Positions 24,296 to 37,464 are shown, counted from the first letter of the stretch. The stretch: 64,000 nucleotides of DNA from Octopus sinensis (GCF_006345805.1 NC_042998.1:100378001-100442000), one strand, 5' to 3'. A program made the numbers and translations. The notes: generated from the sequence alone by a model not told the origin.

Positions 24296-25621
24296 TGAAG
24301 ACTGGCTTCTTGATTTTTCCAAAGGACCAAAATCACAAGTGTTTCAAACAGGAAGCATAGGGGTGGGGGTGACTATGAAGATTGAAAAGAGAATGGACAG
24401 ACTGCTAGATTTAATAAAAATTAAAAGTTTTAAACTTGTTCAATTCAACACCATGGCAAACAAAGAAATACACGAATGCAAAATATATTGTATTCTCATA
24501 AATAAAAGATGGGTGGGTGGGCGGGGGGGATATTTTCTGGTTTTTTTTTTTTTGAGTGGGAAGTATTTGTCAGGTTGAGAACCATGAGTCAAACCATTTC
24601 TCACTCACCATACTGTTCTATGTACTGTTCATGCACTTTTAACTACATTTTCTGATGTGTTGCAGTGCACCTGAACACTGTATACAATAAGTTTGTTATT
24701 ATATTATTATCATTCTCAAGAGTTTAACAGTAACTGTTTTCCTTTTCAGAATATGATGTATACTGAGCAGTGAAAGGTGTCAATCTTCTCGATTGACATG
24801 GTTGCACAACCCACTCTGCAGTCAAATCTCCCTCAAACCATACACAACCATCATAAAAAAAGCTGTAGTGGGCATGGCTGGAATGCCTTTGGTTACATTT
24901 CTACCTTGTATCAGGGATAACTTGGAGGCTAAACAACAACATCCAATAAAAATATCTTTGGCATATACCATATGGCCTCTCTTACTGAAGGTCATTCACA
25001 TCAGAGCATCATTTCTTTTCATTTGCCCCTAAGATGCTTATTTCTATAAAATCTGATTAAGAAGAGAAAGGTGAAATCTTCAACTTGTTACACAGGAGCA
25101 GAGTGGTACTGTATGAAATATTACTCAATGGTATGTCTAAAGTCTTGGCTGGCAACAGAACAGTAAATAGGTGGCTTCTGTCTTAGTAGATGCAACTGTA
25201 TATGTTTGTTTAAATTTGATTTATACATAAATGAGTGTGTGTGTGCATTCATCATATAGGGGCATATGTGTATCAACTGTACTTATTAGTGTGAATAAAA
25301 GCAAGCTGTATACCTCTCCCACTCTCTTTTACAAATACAAACTTTAAGTAGGGAGAAAATGTAACTGTGTGATTAAGAAGTTTACTTCACAACCATGTGG
25401 TTCTGGGTTCAATCTCACTGTATCTTCTATTATAGGATCTGGTTGGCTAACATCTTGTTAAGGAATTTGGTAAATAAAAACTGGACAGAAGCCCATTGTG
25501 TGTGTGTGTGTGTGTGTGTGTGGTGTGTTTCACCAAAGTATAATGGTGAAAGATTACTGGTCCCTTAAAATATTTGTTCTGCACTGAGTTACAGACATTC
25601 CCTCGTCATTCTTGCTGCCAG

Positions 25622-25706
25622 AAATGCAACAATTGGTTTGTTAGAAACCTGAAACCAATGACGCTATTATTGTTCAACAATTGTGATATAAAATGTTTTT
25701 GCAAAG
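25622..25706 (+). other. Candidate isolated 85-nt exon, antisense to the minus-strand gene
   Basis: Acceptor ttccctcgtcattcttgctgccAG and strong donor AAG|GTGAGT. One open frame, KCNNWFVRNLKPMTLLLFNNCDIKCFCK, with no recognisable homology. Confidence 0.25.
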
Positions 25707-26239
25707 GTGAGTGATGTTGTTGTTCTTCTCCCTAGATAAATATAACATTTTGTGTTTTGGAATTGTTAAATGTCACTCTATGGTCAGATCCCTGGAGAAA
25801 GGTCCTTATTAATGGAAGAACTGCATAACAAGAAGAAAGAGAGTAATAATATCAGCAGCCGAAGAGGATTAAGTGGCTTTAAAAGATATGGCAGAGCAGA
25901 GAATTGTGTCATTAGCAAAAACTGATAGGACAAGGCTCATTAGAAATAGAGCATCATATAAATATTTTATTTTGCTTCAGTAAAAGCCAGAAGATTAATC
26001 CACTTGGGATGAAGGGAAACAAACCAAGACAAAACCTTTAATGTTGTCAGTTAAAAATAGCAAGTTAAAAATAGCTACAAATACCCCCTGAATCATGGCC
26101 TGCTGCCTTGTAAAACAAGCTGTAGTGGGAAGCATACTACATGTACAAAAGACAAAAATAAGTACAAACAGAACATCTTTCATCATAGGTCTGCTTATTC
26201 AGGGCTGACCTTAGTCTAAACAACAACAACAATGCCCAC

Positions 26240-26700
26240 TATTCCTCTGAACTACCTAATTACATTTTGTATCCACCCATCACTCTTCCTTTCATAAACC
26301 ATCCCTCACTCTAGTACAATACCCAATTCTTCCACTTCAAGATACTAAACCCTATGAAATCTCCCTTGTATCTACTTTTTTCTATAAAAATCTACCAACA
26401 GATATTCGAACTGGACAACAACCATATCAGTGTCACCAACCTGTCTAGTGAAAATCATGGACACTACCCATTCCTCCTGGATAGACCATTGAAGAAAATA
26501 AAATAGACTATACACTCCCCTCTCCACTCTATGGCTTGTATCTGCACCAATAATTAGTAATATTATCAATATCAAGATGGTGGATAAAAGGACAGGTAGA
26601 ATTATCACCATCATGGTTTTTACACCCACTTTTCCATGCTTGCATAGGTCAGACAAAAATCGTTGAGCCAGATTTTGTACAGATTTTCTGCCACCAACCC
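26240..26700 (-). mobile_element. Decayed RTE-clade LINE 3' end
   Basis: Reverse-complement RTE tail (catcatggtttttacacccacttttccatgcttgcat) and pyrimidine-rich remnants similar to 60990-61690. Confidence 0.45.
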
Positions 26701-26799
26701 TTCTCTGCTTCCAAAGAAGAATGGAAACAAAGGACATTGCCTTCTATGACAGTGACATTCATTTATAACTATCTCATGAAGTCAAGGCAAGGGCTCAGT

Positions 26800-26980
26800 A
26801 ACACACACACACACACACATACATATACATACAGTGGGCTTCTTTCAGTTTCTGTCTATCAAATCCACTTACAATGCTTTGGTGAGCCTGAGACTATAAT
26901 ACCTGAGACTTGTCCAAGGTGCCATGCAGTAGGACTGAACCGGATACCATGAGGTTAGGAAGCAAACTTCCTATCACATG
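26800..26980 (-). mobile_element. Group-B SINE, 5' half
   Basis: gggcttctttcagtttctgtctatcaaatccact...acttgtccaaggtgccatgcagtaggactgaacc. Confidence 0.8.
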
Positions 26981-27389
26981 ACCAAACAGACAAAGAATGC
27001 TTTGAAGCATTTAACTACATCCTCTAATGTTCCAAGTTGAAATTCCTATCTACATCAGCTCAGCTGAGCCTTTCATCTTTCTAAAAACAATAAAACAAAT
27101 ACTAGGGATTAATTTAGGCAACTACATCCCCTCTACACAAATTTTAGAAATCTCCATTATCATTATTATTGATACTCTTCTTTGTCACTTGCAAGAATGG
27201 AGCAGAAATTTTTCCACCGCTGAAGAAAATGCATTTTTATAACAAAATTGCTTTTCTACAATAAAATAATCAACATTAAAAAAGGAGTAGACACTTATTG
27301 GCTGTGCAAACTCAAGCAAACAGAATAATGTTCCTTGGAAAATCCAATGGCCATAGTAACACTAAGTCAGTTGTCAAATTTTGTTCAAC

Positions 27390-27800
27390 TATGTCAAAGC
27401 TAAATGAAAAAAGAAAACATCAAGGTTGTCATTCAAAAATTATTCTTTTGTTTTAAAAAAAAAAAGGAAAATCCACAGTTTCTTGGTTTGCAAGAAACAA
27501 CAGCCAAATCTCTCTCCCAAAACATCCCACAATCTCAAAAATACAGGAAGGACATTTCAAACAATGTATTTCTAGATTTACAAAAGGATGAAACGGTCAC
27601 ATCAGGAATGTTGCTGATTGTAGGTCTATTCAATGAAGTCCAACCTAGAACTAAGCAACAACAAAATTCTTAAATACAATTTCTGATTTTGTTAAGAAAT
27701 CTTATTGGCTATAAATACATTTCGTTTTCTGTTGCCTGTAATAAATTACTGTGTAGATATGGAAATATTGGAAAACCAAACAGTTTTACCCTCAAAACAG
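27390..27800 (+). pseudogene. Possible N-terminal relic of a SPIN-like hAT transposase
   Basis: MSKLNEKRK, ENPQFLGLQETTA (cf. GKPQCLVCQETIA), KQQQN and SFSVACNKL..YG..KP (cf. ASY.VA..IAK.GKP) occur in the expected order but are heavily decayed. Confidence 0.35.
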
Positions 27801-30800
27801 CCACATCTCTGGTGAATTGTTGTTACTCCCGAGTCCAGTATGGACACCAGTTGTGTGTGATCACAATATAATTGCCAGCACTAATGTAAAAATTATCCAT
27901 ATCTGCAATATGATAGCAAAACTGTCTGCCAATAATGGATACTATTGCTGACTATATTTTGGCTAATATGCACATTAATTAATGTGATTATTTATTGGAA
28001 AAATGTTCATATTATTGTTTCTGAACAGAAAATTAGAAAATTCTGTATTCATCCTACAAGAATTTTAGCTACATTTACTGGACTCTTGGAGGAATTAACA
28101 CATTATTTGAAAACAATGCGGCATGGTTAAACCCAAAGACACAGACATATGATGCTGCTAACATAAATAATACAAGCAGCAGCAGCAGCAATTTTGGATT
28201 TCAGCTCAAGGCCAATGGTGTTGAGGGCAGATATTAATCAATATGATCAACCCCAGTACTAAATTGGTACTTTATTCTATCACCCTCAGAGAAATGAGAA
28301 AGTTGAGTTTGGTGGAATTTGAACTTAGAATGTAAAAATCCAGAAGAAATAGCACAAACATTTAATCCAATACTTTAACAATTCTACCAATCTATCCAGT
28401 AATAACAATTTCTTTTACATCATCATAAACCCCAAATTACTTGAGAAGGCTTATAGTTCTTTGGATCAACTCTTGCACATGCATAGTGCACATTTTATGA
28501 ACAAGAAAGAATGAAGATAATTTGACCCTGACAACATCTGAGTGCAGTAGCTGAAGGACTGTAGCTAAATACCTCAAATATTTGGGTCAATACTCTAATA
28601 TTTCTAGCATTTCATTGCCCTGTCTTAGAAGCAACATCAACAGCAATTGTCTCCTGTTGGAGGGAAATCTTTACAGTTTATAATCTGAAGAAATAAAGGG
28701 GAGCACACTGGCTAACTACTAATAACGTTTCTGGATCACCGATCAAATGACCACATGTTTTGAATGTTCAACATGCATTGCATTCTACTTGAGCAAAATA
28801 CATAACTTGACTTGCTTCAGTTTGATTAACTGGTTGACAGCAAGTCCCACTATCCTTGTAATAAGCTCCACTATCCTCGTTGAGTATTTAGAAAAAACAC
28901 ATTCAACTGTAAACATACCAGCTCCAAAAGTCTGCAAATATAAAATGTTTTCCAAAAGCCATCTTATCCATGTTAATATGGGAAAATAGAAATAAAACTA
29001 TCAAGAGAGAAGAAAAATTCTTTAAAAAAAAATCCTTTAAAAATATCAAAATTCCAATGGAAATTCCATTAGTTCATATTTTATTTAAGCTGAAATGAAG
29101 ATGTATTGAAGAAAAGATAATAATAAATCTCTTAGCACTAACACCAACTTGTAGAGTAAAAACTTCATGTAGAGATTAATCTGCTCCAGGTGCAAAGAAT
29201 GGAAAAGAGAATGTGAAAAGCAGATTGCAAATCAATCGGGTGAGAATTTAAGTTAATTCAATCCTAGATTAGTCTCTTTTCTTTTTAACCTTTCTACTTA
29301 ATGCCCAGTCTGATTTGCTCAATACTGCTAAGAGCCAAGCTAAAATTAAGCATTTTAAATAAAACTAGTAAATGCATAATTGCACATAACCCTTTTGTTC
29401 TACATTAAACCAGGATATCTAATTTCACATCTACTCATGAACAAATACACTAAAAAGTTATAAATATTTCTTGTTTCTTCTGATATTAGATTATCAAGTG
29501 TGTTAAACAGTACTTTCCAACTAGTTTATAGATAAACTGATTATTTTTCCAAGAAATAATGTTGACACACACCTACACTTCATATGCTGTAACTATCAAA
29601 GATCATCTTTACCACAGTTTTGGTAACGCTTTTTATAGTTTCAAACTATAAACGGTGATAATACAAAAATAAATTCATGTTTGTAAAGCTTATAACAGAA
29701 AGGAAAATCTTGATAAGGTATAACCAACGATAAGGGTGAGTGTGGTGTGTGCGTGTGTGTGTGCATGCATATGTAGCTTTTCTGAATTCATTAGTATTTT
29801 GATATTTTGAGCTCTAGCTCTCCTTTCAAGATATACAATTTGATAATTCCTAAATAGAGATTATATTCGTCTCTTCTCTTCAGAAATAGAAATTACAGGA
29901 TAACTTAGCCACTAGATAAGTCCTAGTTAACTCATTTCTATTAACTAAGCACAAGATTAATTATATAGAGGAAAGTTAACAGTCAATGAATCTACCCTCA
30001 GTATGTTACTGGTGATTTCTTTTTATAATCAGCTCTTAAACAAAGCTCCAAACTACAGGCAATAAATCATCCAGTCCAGTATGATACTGATTTGGTCATT
30101 GCCAGAGCTCCGTAATTCAGTATTTTGTGAAATGTTTTCCAATATATTTTCTAACAAGAACATTTGAATGAGAGAATGTTGAGAGCTACAAGACGAAAGC
30201 CTTTCAGCATTTAGCAAGAGCCTTTTTATGTACCAGTCTGAAACCAATCTAAACAATTACCCCCTCCTGCAAAATGTGTGACCCTGTAACTATATTTGGA
30301 AACAATAAGACATCCAGCTGTAGAAACCAAGCCAAAAGTGACTATGGAACAGGTGTGGCCTCAGGCCTTGCCAGTTCCTGTCAAGGTGTCCAACACATAC
30401 CAGCATGGAAAACATGTTAAATGATGATGATGATATACTAGTGAAATATAAAGAAGAAAGCTCCATATTTATTTTTATTCATCTGAGATTTGTCACTTTA
30501 TAGAGAATGAGATATTGGAGTTGAATAACTTTGACAAAACCAAGCACTTCGCATAAAGCTTTAAATTGTATTGACATTAAGAAAGATCTTTTTGTAGTTT
30601 CATACTCATACAAAATAGTTTTGAAAGAAGGTTGGCGTAAAGTTGAGCTATCTTTTGGGGACTAAAATGTGAACAAACCAAAAGACATACTGGAATGTGT
30701 GGTAGCTGATTAAAACAGTAGAAAGATCACAGTGCTCTCTCTCTCTCTCTCTCTTTCTGTGAGTGTGTGTGTGTGTACGTGAGTGAGAAAGAGAGATGTC

Positions 30801-31789
30801 CAGATGCAGTAACAGTGCTAACTAGAATGCCCCTCCTTTCACAATGTTAATACAATTTGCCTGTATGGTTGTGATGTAGGGTAAGGCCTCTAAAGTCACT
30901 GTTTCTAATTGAGAATTAAAAATCTTTGAAAGAACATGAAAATTGTTTCTAAGGAATGACATAAACTATGACCAAAAATAAGAGATGGGTTTGGTCAAGT
31001 TTGGATGGCCTTTGACCAACGAGTTAACTTAGGGTTAATTATCAAAAGAAAAAGGTTACACGAAGATGGTGAAAATAACTTGAAAACTGAGTGAATAAAC
31101 ATGTTAATTTGTGGTAACAGGCAATAAAATTACAAGTAGGATCAAAGAAAACTTGGAATATCAATACAACATCACAAAAGCTATTTATCAAAGTAATTGG
31201 AAAAATCACAAAACTGACAGTATTAATTTTTGTTGGATTTTTGTAGCTCTCTGTTCCTTTTGGTCTAGAATCATTTTATTCTCAAATCTCGCTACTGACT
31301 TTCAAATGAATGTTCTTTAGTTTTTTTTGTGTTTTTTTTCATACAGAGGCCTTTCACTAGCAACTCTCAGCCTATTTTCACTCTGCATATATCAACCATC
31401 TGTATTACATGTCCATATCTATTAAATCATCTCTCATGTACATATCAAGTATAACCTTTGATATCTAATTCACTCACTCTAATATCACTCATTGATAGTC
31501 AAAATCAACTTTCTTCTCCAGTTGCTCTAAATGTTTGTCATACAACAGTTCAATCATACAACACCCCATGTTCTGTCTACATTTCTATGCAAAGAAAGAA
31601 ATCTTGTTATCAGATAAAAGTTATAATAACTGGAAGAAATTGTAATTGTTATATATGAGGTAGCAGTGAAAGTAATATTAGAATTGTATACTTATTTGGC
31701 AAATGGACTGATAAACAAAATTAACAGCAATTTCAGAGGAAAATTAGTATATTTTACGAGTTAATTATGCAAGTTATATGACATTAAAA

Positions 31790-31970
31790 TAAAAAACATC
31801 CAGAACACTCTGTAGAATGGTTGGCGTTTGGAAGGGAATCCATCTGTAGAAACCAAGCTAGATCAGACTGGAACCTGATACAGCTCCCCAGCTTACTAAC
31901 ACCAGTCAAACTATCCAACTCATACCAGCAGGGAAAACGGATGTTAAATGATGACGACGATGATGATGAT
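31790..31970 (+). mobile_element. RTE-tail SINE-like element (group C)
   Basis: atggttggcgtttggaagggaatccatctgtagaaacc...cagcagggaaaacggatgttaaatgatgacgacgatgatgat. Confidence 0.8.
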
Positions 31971-34900
31971 ACCAGGTCATTCCTTCTTTGTACCACCAAG
32001 CCACCAAAGAGTTCCATGTGGCTTCCTTGAAAAATGTTAGGCACTTCCCATGGATGTTTTTCTCAAGAGAATACTAAAGTAGTTTATTGTTGCTTTCCTT
32101 TGGGTATCTTTTAGTAGATACTCCCTTTTGAACATGGTACAGGCAAGTTCACTTGTCTAGGTACTCAATGTCAAGAGCCAAAATGAAATACTAGAAATTA
32201 TTTGTACAATACTCTTACAATCCTGCTAATTTACCACTCCTGAATGGTGTATTATTTTATAGGCCTTTGAAGAACAAAATACAAAACTAATCTCAGCAGA
32301 ATTTGAAACTCAGAATTTGAAAGAGCTGAAACAGACACAATAAGGTATTACTAGATTTAAAATTCTGATAATTTCTTGCTTTATATTAAGAGCTCTAATA
32401 AAAATAGGAATAATTTTTTAACTCAACCACAAGGTCACATATTTTGTGTGATGTCATTTATTTGATTTTTGCACTAGATTAGTTTATCTTTGTAAAGTAA
32501 AATCATCCATATAGGGAAAGATTAGATAAAAATGATCTAGTTGTATTTGAATTCCAAATGTAAAGGGACAAAATACAGCAAGGCAATTCTTCAGTGATCT
32601 AGACATTCTGGCACCCACCACTCTTCATAAAAATATTTATTTTTAATACTTTACTACATAACAAAAAATAATGTTAACCATAACATTAGAGTGCAAAACT
32701 TAAGATGCACCATTCTTCAGAACCAGATCTGTTCACCCATCCCTAAATCCACACTAGGGTGCCTTTGCGTTGTTGCTTGACCTGTAGAAATAACAGTCAA
32801 ATCTCCTTCAAATCATACCTTTCTTAGGCAAGAAATAAGACATGTTGGATACTGTAGGCCTAGATACATAAGATGGGAAGGCCGTGACAGGAAAGCCTTT
32901 GATTGGGGAGGGGGAGCTAAACAACAACAATGCAAGGCAATTCACTATAGCAAATGGGATCAAGCCATAGGAGCATGTCCCTATGATGAAACGTTACTGA
33001 AGACAACAATCCTCTTTTGTAGTTATTTATTTATTTAAAAATACTTTGCTTTGCAAGATCAATATCATATTATCCCCCTGAATTCTCCCTTTTATATCAA
33101 GCATGTTCAAGAATGCAGCTTAATATTACTTTCCAAATGTTTACTTAAAATTTACAACCATTCAATTTCTTCGCAACTTATTTCTCTATCGTTTGATTTT
33201 ATTTTTCTTAAAAATTTTGTTATCTGATTTTATATTTAACCAAATTACATTGTATTTGGTATGAAGAACCCAGTGCTGTAAATTATGTTTATCATAATGT
33301 AATTATTAAACCATCTATATCTTGTCTTAACCTTTAGCTAACAAACAGTATCTTTATTCTGACAATGAAGTCTGTAAAGATACCTGGCTATCTAATTTAT
33401 TCCCACAAATATAAAAAATCACTTCATTATTTACCAGAAGAATATTAACATACAATATGTCCTGTACTTGCCGACTGACATGGAAAAATTAGTTACAACT
33501 AAATTTTCACAAGTACTAAATTTAACAAAAATATATGAATGAACCAGAAAAAGTGATTATGTATATGAGTCTTGGATGTCCAATTTTGACCAATAGAGAG
33601 CAGCTAAACTCTGCAGTTTTTAATTTATTTCTTACATTTTCGTTCTGTGTTACACATTAACCCGTCCTTCAGCGGTTTTTGTAACGTATCAGTGGGCTAG
33701 TCCTTCTTTGCTCAATCTTTCTTCGTTTCTGTAGAAAGGGACACTGTGAATGGCCCCTAACGACCTCTTACAGCGTAGAGAGAGAGAGAGAGAGAGAATC
33801 GGCCCATGTACTTGACTAGTACTTTATCGACCTCGGACATATGACCTCAGTGAGATTCGAACTCAGAGCGTATGGAGCAGGAACAAATTACCGCAAAGAC
33901 TTTCTTATCCGACGCTCACTTCATTTATCTATCTGCTATCAAATAAAACAGCCGAAAGCCAACATTACAAGTTATGAAAGTATTACTAGTCATTTATTTG
34001 ACCACCCCCACTAATTTAAAAGTAACAATCAACACGGAGCTTATAAACATAATTATGTCCTGTTATATGTTCTTAACGAGTTCATTGAACAGAGTAAATG
34101 AATGCGTAATGTTCCCAGGCTATCCGCAGCAGGATGCTCAACACGGCACTAAATGCTGTATATATTGGGTAATATTAAATACATCCAAGTAGACATAACA
34201 AATAGTTTTCGTTTTTTCAAATAAATATATAAGTGAATAAATAAAGCTGTAGCGTGGATTTTGGAAATGATAGCTACCCTTAATAGCTTGACACAAATGA
34301 TAAACAGATTAGACAACATATAAGATACACAGTGAACCGACTCACATAATCACTATATCATACTGATATATTTATGTATCAAAATGAGAAAGAAAGAAAG
34401 AAAAGAAAATATCCTTAACTTCAAAAACTGGAAGTTACAGAACATCTAGCACAACTATCGGTTAATTATTTCAAAGATATTTTTAGCTAGGAAATGTGTA
34501 TCGGGAAAGTTTACACAAGTCTTTTGATCCATTTACATACACAGCTACCATGTGAAAAAACAAACATTACACATAGCGAAGCATTGGATTAAGTTATAGT
34601 CCGAAATTTTATACTGTAAATGATCCCGTCCTTAATGTAAACGGACTGAATGTCTCCAGGACTACCCCTCCCATCACAAAGCGGGGGATGTGCAATTCAA
34701 TTTTCTTTCTCTTTCTCTGAGATTAGACACGGTATTAATGTTACCTGAGAGAATTGGCCGTGTGCCTTTGAAATATCGCAGACGAAAACAATAATATTTA
34801 GTGGCATCCACGATCAAAGTTTATTAACTATGTAGGAGACAAATTTCCTCAAGATTTTGATTTAAGGGAGATTGTAAATTATCCACTAGGATAATAATAC

Positions 34901-35583
34901 AAACAGGCAAAGCAACAACAGAAATCAAAATTAAAAACCCAAACAATCTCCCACCGCAATTTAACAAGGATCTAGAAGAAATCACATAACATATACTAAA
35001 ACATTTTTAGAAGAAAAAAAATTATTTTTCAAATGAACCTAAAAAGAAACACATTTAGGAAATTCATTAGGGAAAGGGGATAGATAGCATTACAAATTTT
35101 CTTACAAATAATTAAAACCGCAGCGGGCAATTCACACACACCTTACACCAGCATTTGGTAGTATTACATCAAAAATAATCGAGGAATTAAAGAGAAAAAT
35201 AAACCCAGCTAGTAGTTTTACTATTTTTCGTTTACAGTACACACACTATGTATGTATTATACTTCATAAAATAAATTACACTAGATACACTTTCATAAAA
35301 TAAATTACACTAGATAACATATACGATTGAAAATAAACGTAAATAATGAAGACGACGGTAAAATAGTGAAGTAACAATTTCAATAATCAAATTTTAACAA
35401 TAATGTTGATAAAAACAGACAACTGCATGTCTGTGTCGCATGGTGCGCTAAACGGCAGAAACAGAGAGAAAGGGGGAGTGTTTATATTATCTATGTAAAT
35501 AACAACTGACTATATGATGTTATGAAGGTGCACCAGTCACTATGCAGTAGCAGCACCACCAGGATATATTTTTGTGTACTCAC

Positions 35584-35700
35584 CTGATGCCGCTGGCATA
35601 TACACTGTCCCATGAAGAAATCTTTAGCACAAGCTAACCAAGAGAAATACATCAGCAAATTGTTGCCGATCCGCTAAATGAGAGATATTTCCGAAAACAA
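35584..35700 (-). other. Probable first exon of a minus-strand gene (5' UTR or short coding start MGQCICQRHQ)
   Basis: Consensus donor CAG|GTGAGT at 35584/35583 inside the CpG island. ATGs at 35652 (MYFSWLACAKDFFMGQC...) and 35613 are in frame to the donor, both in weak Kozak context. I could not join it to a downstream coding exon in the window. The upstream boundary is a guess. Confidence 0.55.
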
Positions 35701-35711
35701 TGTCTTCTTTT

Positions 35712-35721
35712 GTCACGTCAT
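35712..35721 (-). promoter_or_regulatory. ATGACGTGAC CRE/UPRE-like element
   Basis: TGACGTG core (ATF6/XBP1/CREB3-type site; one mismatch from the GTCACGTGAC E-box) directly upstream of the candidate first exon. Confidence 0.45.
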
Positions 35722-35845
35722 GGAAGAGCTTGAGTGGTTCAGCACAGAAAGTATACATATACGTTCATGTTTGTGTGTGTGTATATGTGTGTGAGTATGT
35801 AAGTGTGGTGTAGAGAGTGCAGTAGTCGTCTTTCATAGCCTTGGA

Positions 35846-35862
35846 CCAACTACGTAGTTTGG
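35846..35862. promoter_or_regulatory. Palindrome AACTACGTAGTT within a cluster of ACTAC half-sites
   Basis: Perfect 12-bp palindrome at 35848-35859. Further GACTAC motifs at 35822 (minus) and 35908 (plus). Confidence 0.35.
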
Positions 35863-37464
35863 AACATTATCAAGCAGAAAGTGATCGACTCTCCCTACTC
35901 CGCCACCGACTACAGCAAGTTCACGATTGTGATGAGATAGAGTGTTGTAACCAGCTGACCACTTGCTAATTATGTAGCGATCGGAGATGATAATGACAGA
36001 ATGCATATGAATTTAGTGTGGTAAATTAAACTTGCAGATATCAGGGTTGGTCAAGCAAGTGGTTGGAATGACTGAGGCAGAGCGGTTACTAACTGAACGA
36101 GATTAACGAATAAAAATAGAATGAATTACACAAAAGCACTCTCAATCATCAATAAATTTGATTTCATAAAGTGTTTAAGAGAAAGACAATACTGGACGAT
36201 GACGGGGGAAGGAATTGAATTAAAACGCGATGGCTCTCCTGTCGTTTTACTAATATCATGAAAGGATAAAAACTACACTAGAATGATTGGTTCGGATATT
36301 TCTACAGGGACTAGTGATGTTCAGGCCTAGAAAATAAGTAGAATGACAGCATAAACTGGATTTATTGGAAAAACGTTTCTATTATTGAAAAAAATAAATA
36401 ATAAATAATAAAATAAAGTAAAACAGAAAGCTTAGATCTCTTAACTTCTCCAAGGGGTTAACTGCTTAGTGGGAATATTTCCCTCAATTTATTTTAATGC
36501 AGTGACTTCTGAACAATGTTCTATTGATTTCTTTTGAATAAATACACTGGGAGATTTAAACTATATCTCCAGCATATTGTTACTATTATTCTACTGACTA
36601 TGGAAAGGTAAAAAGAAGAAAGAAAAAAAAAGAGGTAAAATTAGAACTACCTGGATTTGATCATGAAACCCAAAAGGATTAAATCAAATCCAGCCTCGTT
36701 CTTTCTTATTTCAAGCCAAGTTCTCTTCCCTTATAATATATTATTGGAGTTAAGTAGTAGAATGTATAAACCAACAATCTGAAAATAGTTATATCAAAAT
36801 GTTGGGTTTCCTTTTACATAGTCCCATAATACCTTGTGAGAGGGTTTGGAGTATAATGTTAATTGGTTAGGGAATATATATATATATATAGGTATTGATA
36901 CTGTTTAGTAATAGCATCATAAATTCTGGTTAGCCTTTTTTCAAAATGCTGGAGGTGTGTTTCCATCATAAATAATGGTTGAATTTTTGTAGCGGCAGCT
37001 AACATGGAGGTGATAAATTCAGGCAGCTTGTTAAATGTCGCAGGGAAGGCTAAGACTGAAGAATATCACATAAATTTGTTGTATCAGTAAATGATGGAAA
37101 GGCTGAACTTGAACAGTATAGAGGGAAAGGAGAGAAGCAAAATGTTTTATTATTAGTTTCAAAATAAGACAACAGATTTATTAAATGACAGAATTGTAAT
37201 GAAATTAGTTAAACTAGTTTTAGTGTTGGGTTCTCTATAAAAAGCTATAACATGCACACATGTTATTTAACCCAAGGTCAATCACAATCCACAAGACCTA
37301 TGATCAAAAGCATTTTACCAAGCAATTCCTTTCAGTCATAAGGTATCCAAGATATTTTTTTCTTATTTAATGTGTTCTTTTTTTTAAATAGTAGGGTGTA
37401 ACCAAGGGAGAATTGGCTTCTATTTCTAGCAAGTCATACAAGCACACAGACTCGCTTTTTACTA

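Larger units (their letters stand above)
33600..36300. promoter_or_regulatory. CpG-retaining promoter-like island
   Basis: CG dinucleotides are frequent in unique sequence here and scarce in both flanks, where SINE copies show CG>TG/CA decay. It contains a first-exon-like donor, a TGACGTGAC element and ACTAC motifs. Confidence 0.7.

Noticed and set aside
28574-28684. Coding exon 2 of the minus-strand gene
   Set aside because: The acceptors are good, but every frame hits a stop before the donor. At most it is a non-coding exon.
28720-28750. Second hammerhead on the minus strand (…gaaacgtt)
   Set aside because: The CUGANGA box is absent and there is no stem I/II pairing. The same applies to the look-alike near 32985.
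30053-30256. 67-aa minus-strand ORF as exon 2
   Set aside because: The acceptor is mediocre, it ends in a stop without a donor and shows no recognisable domain.
35584-35613. Assignment of MGQCICQRHQ to DCUN1D3 or STK16
   Set aside because: Only the MG.C start is similar. No downstream exon supports either gene, so no symbol is given.
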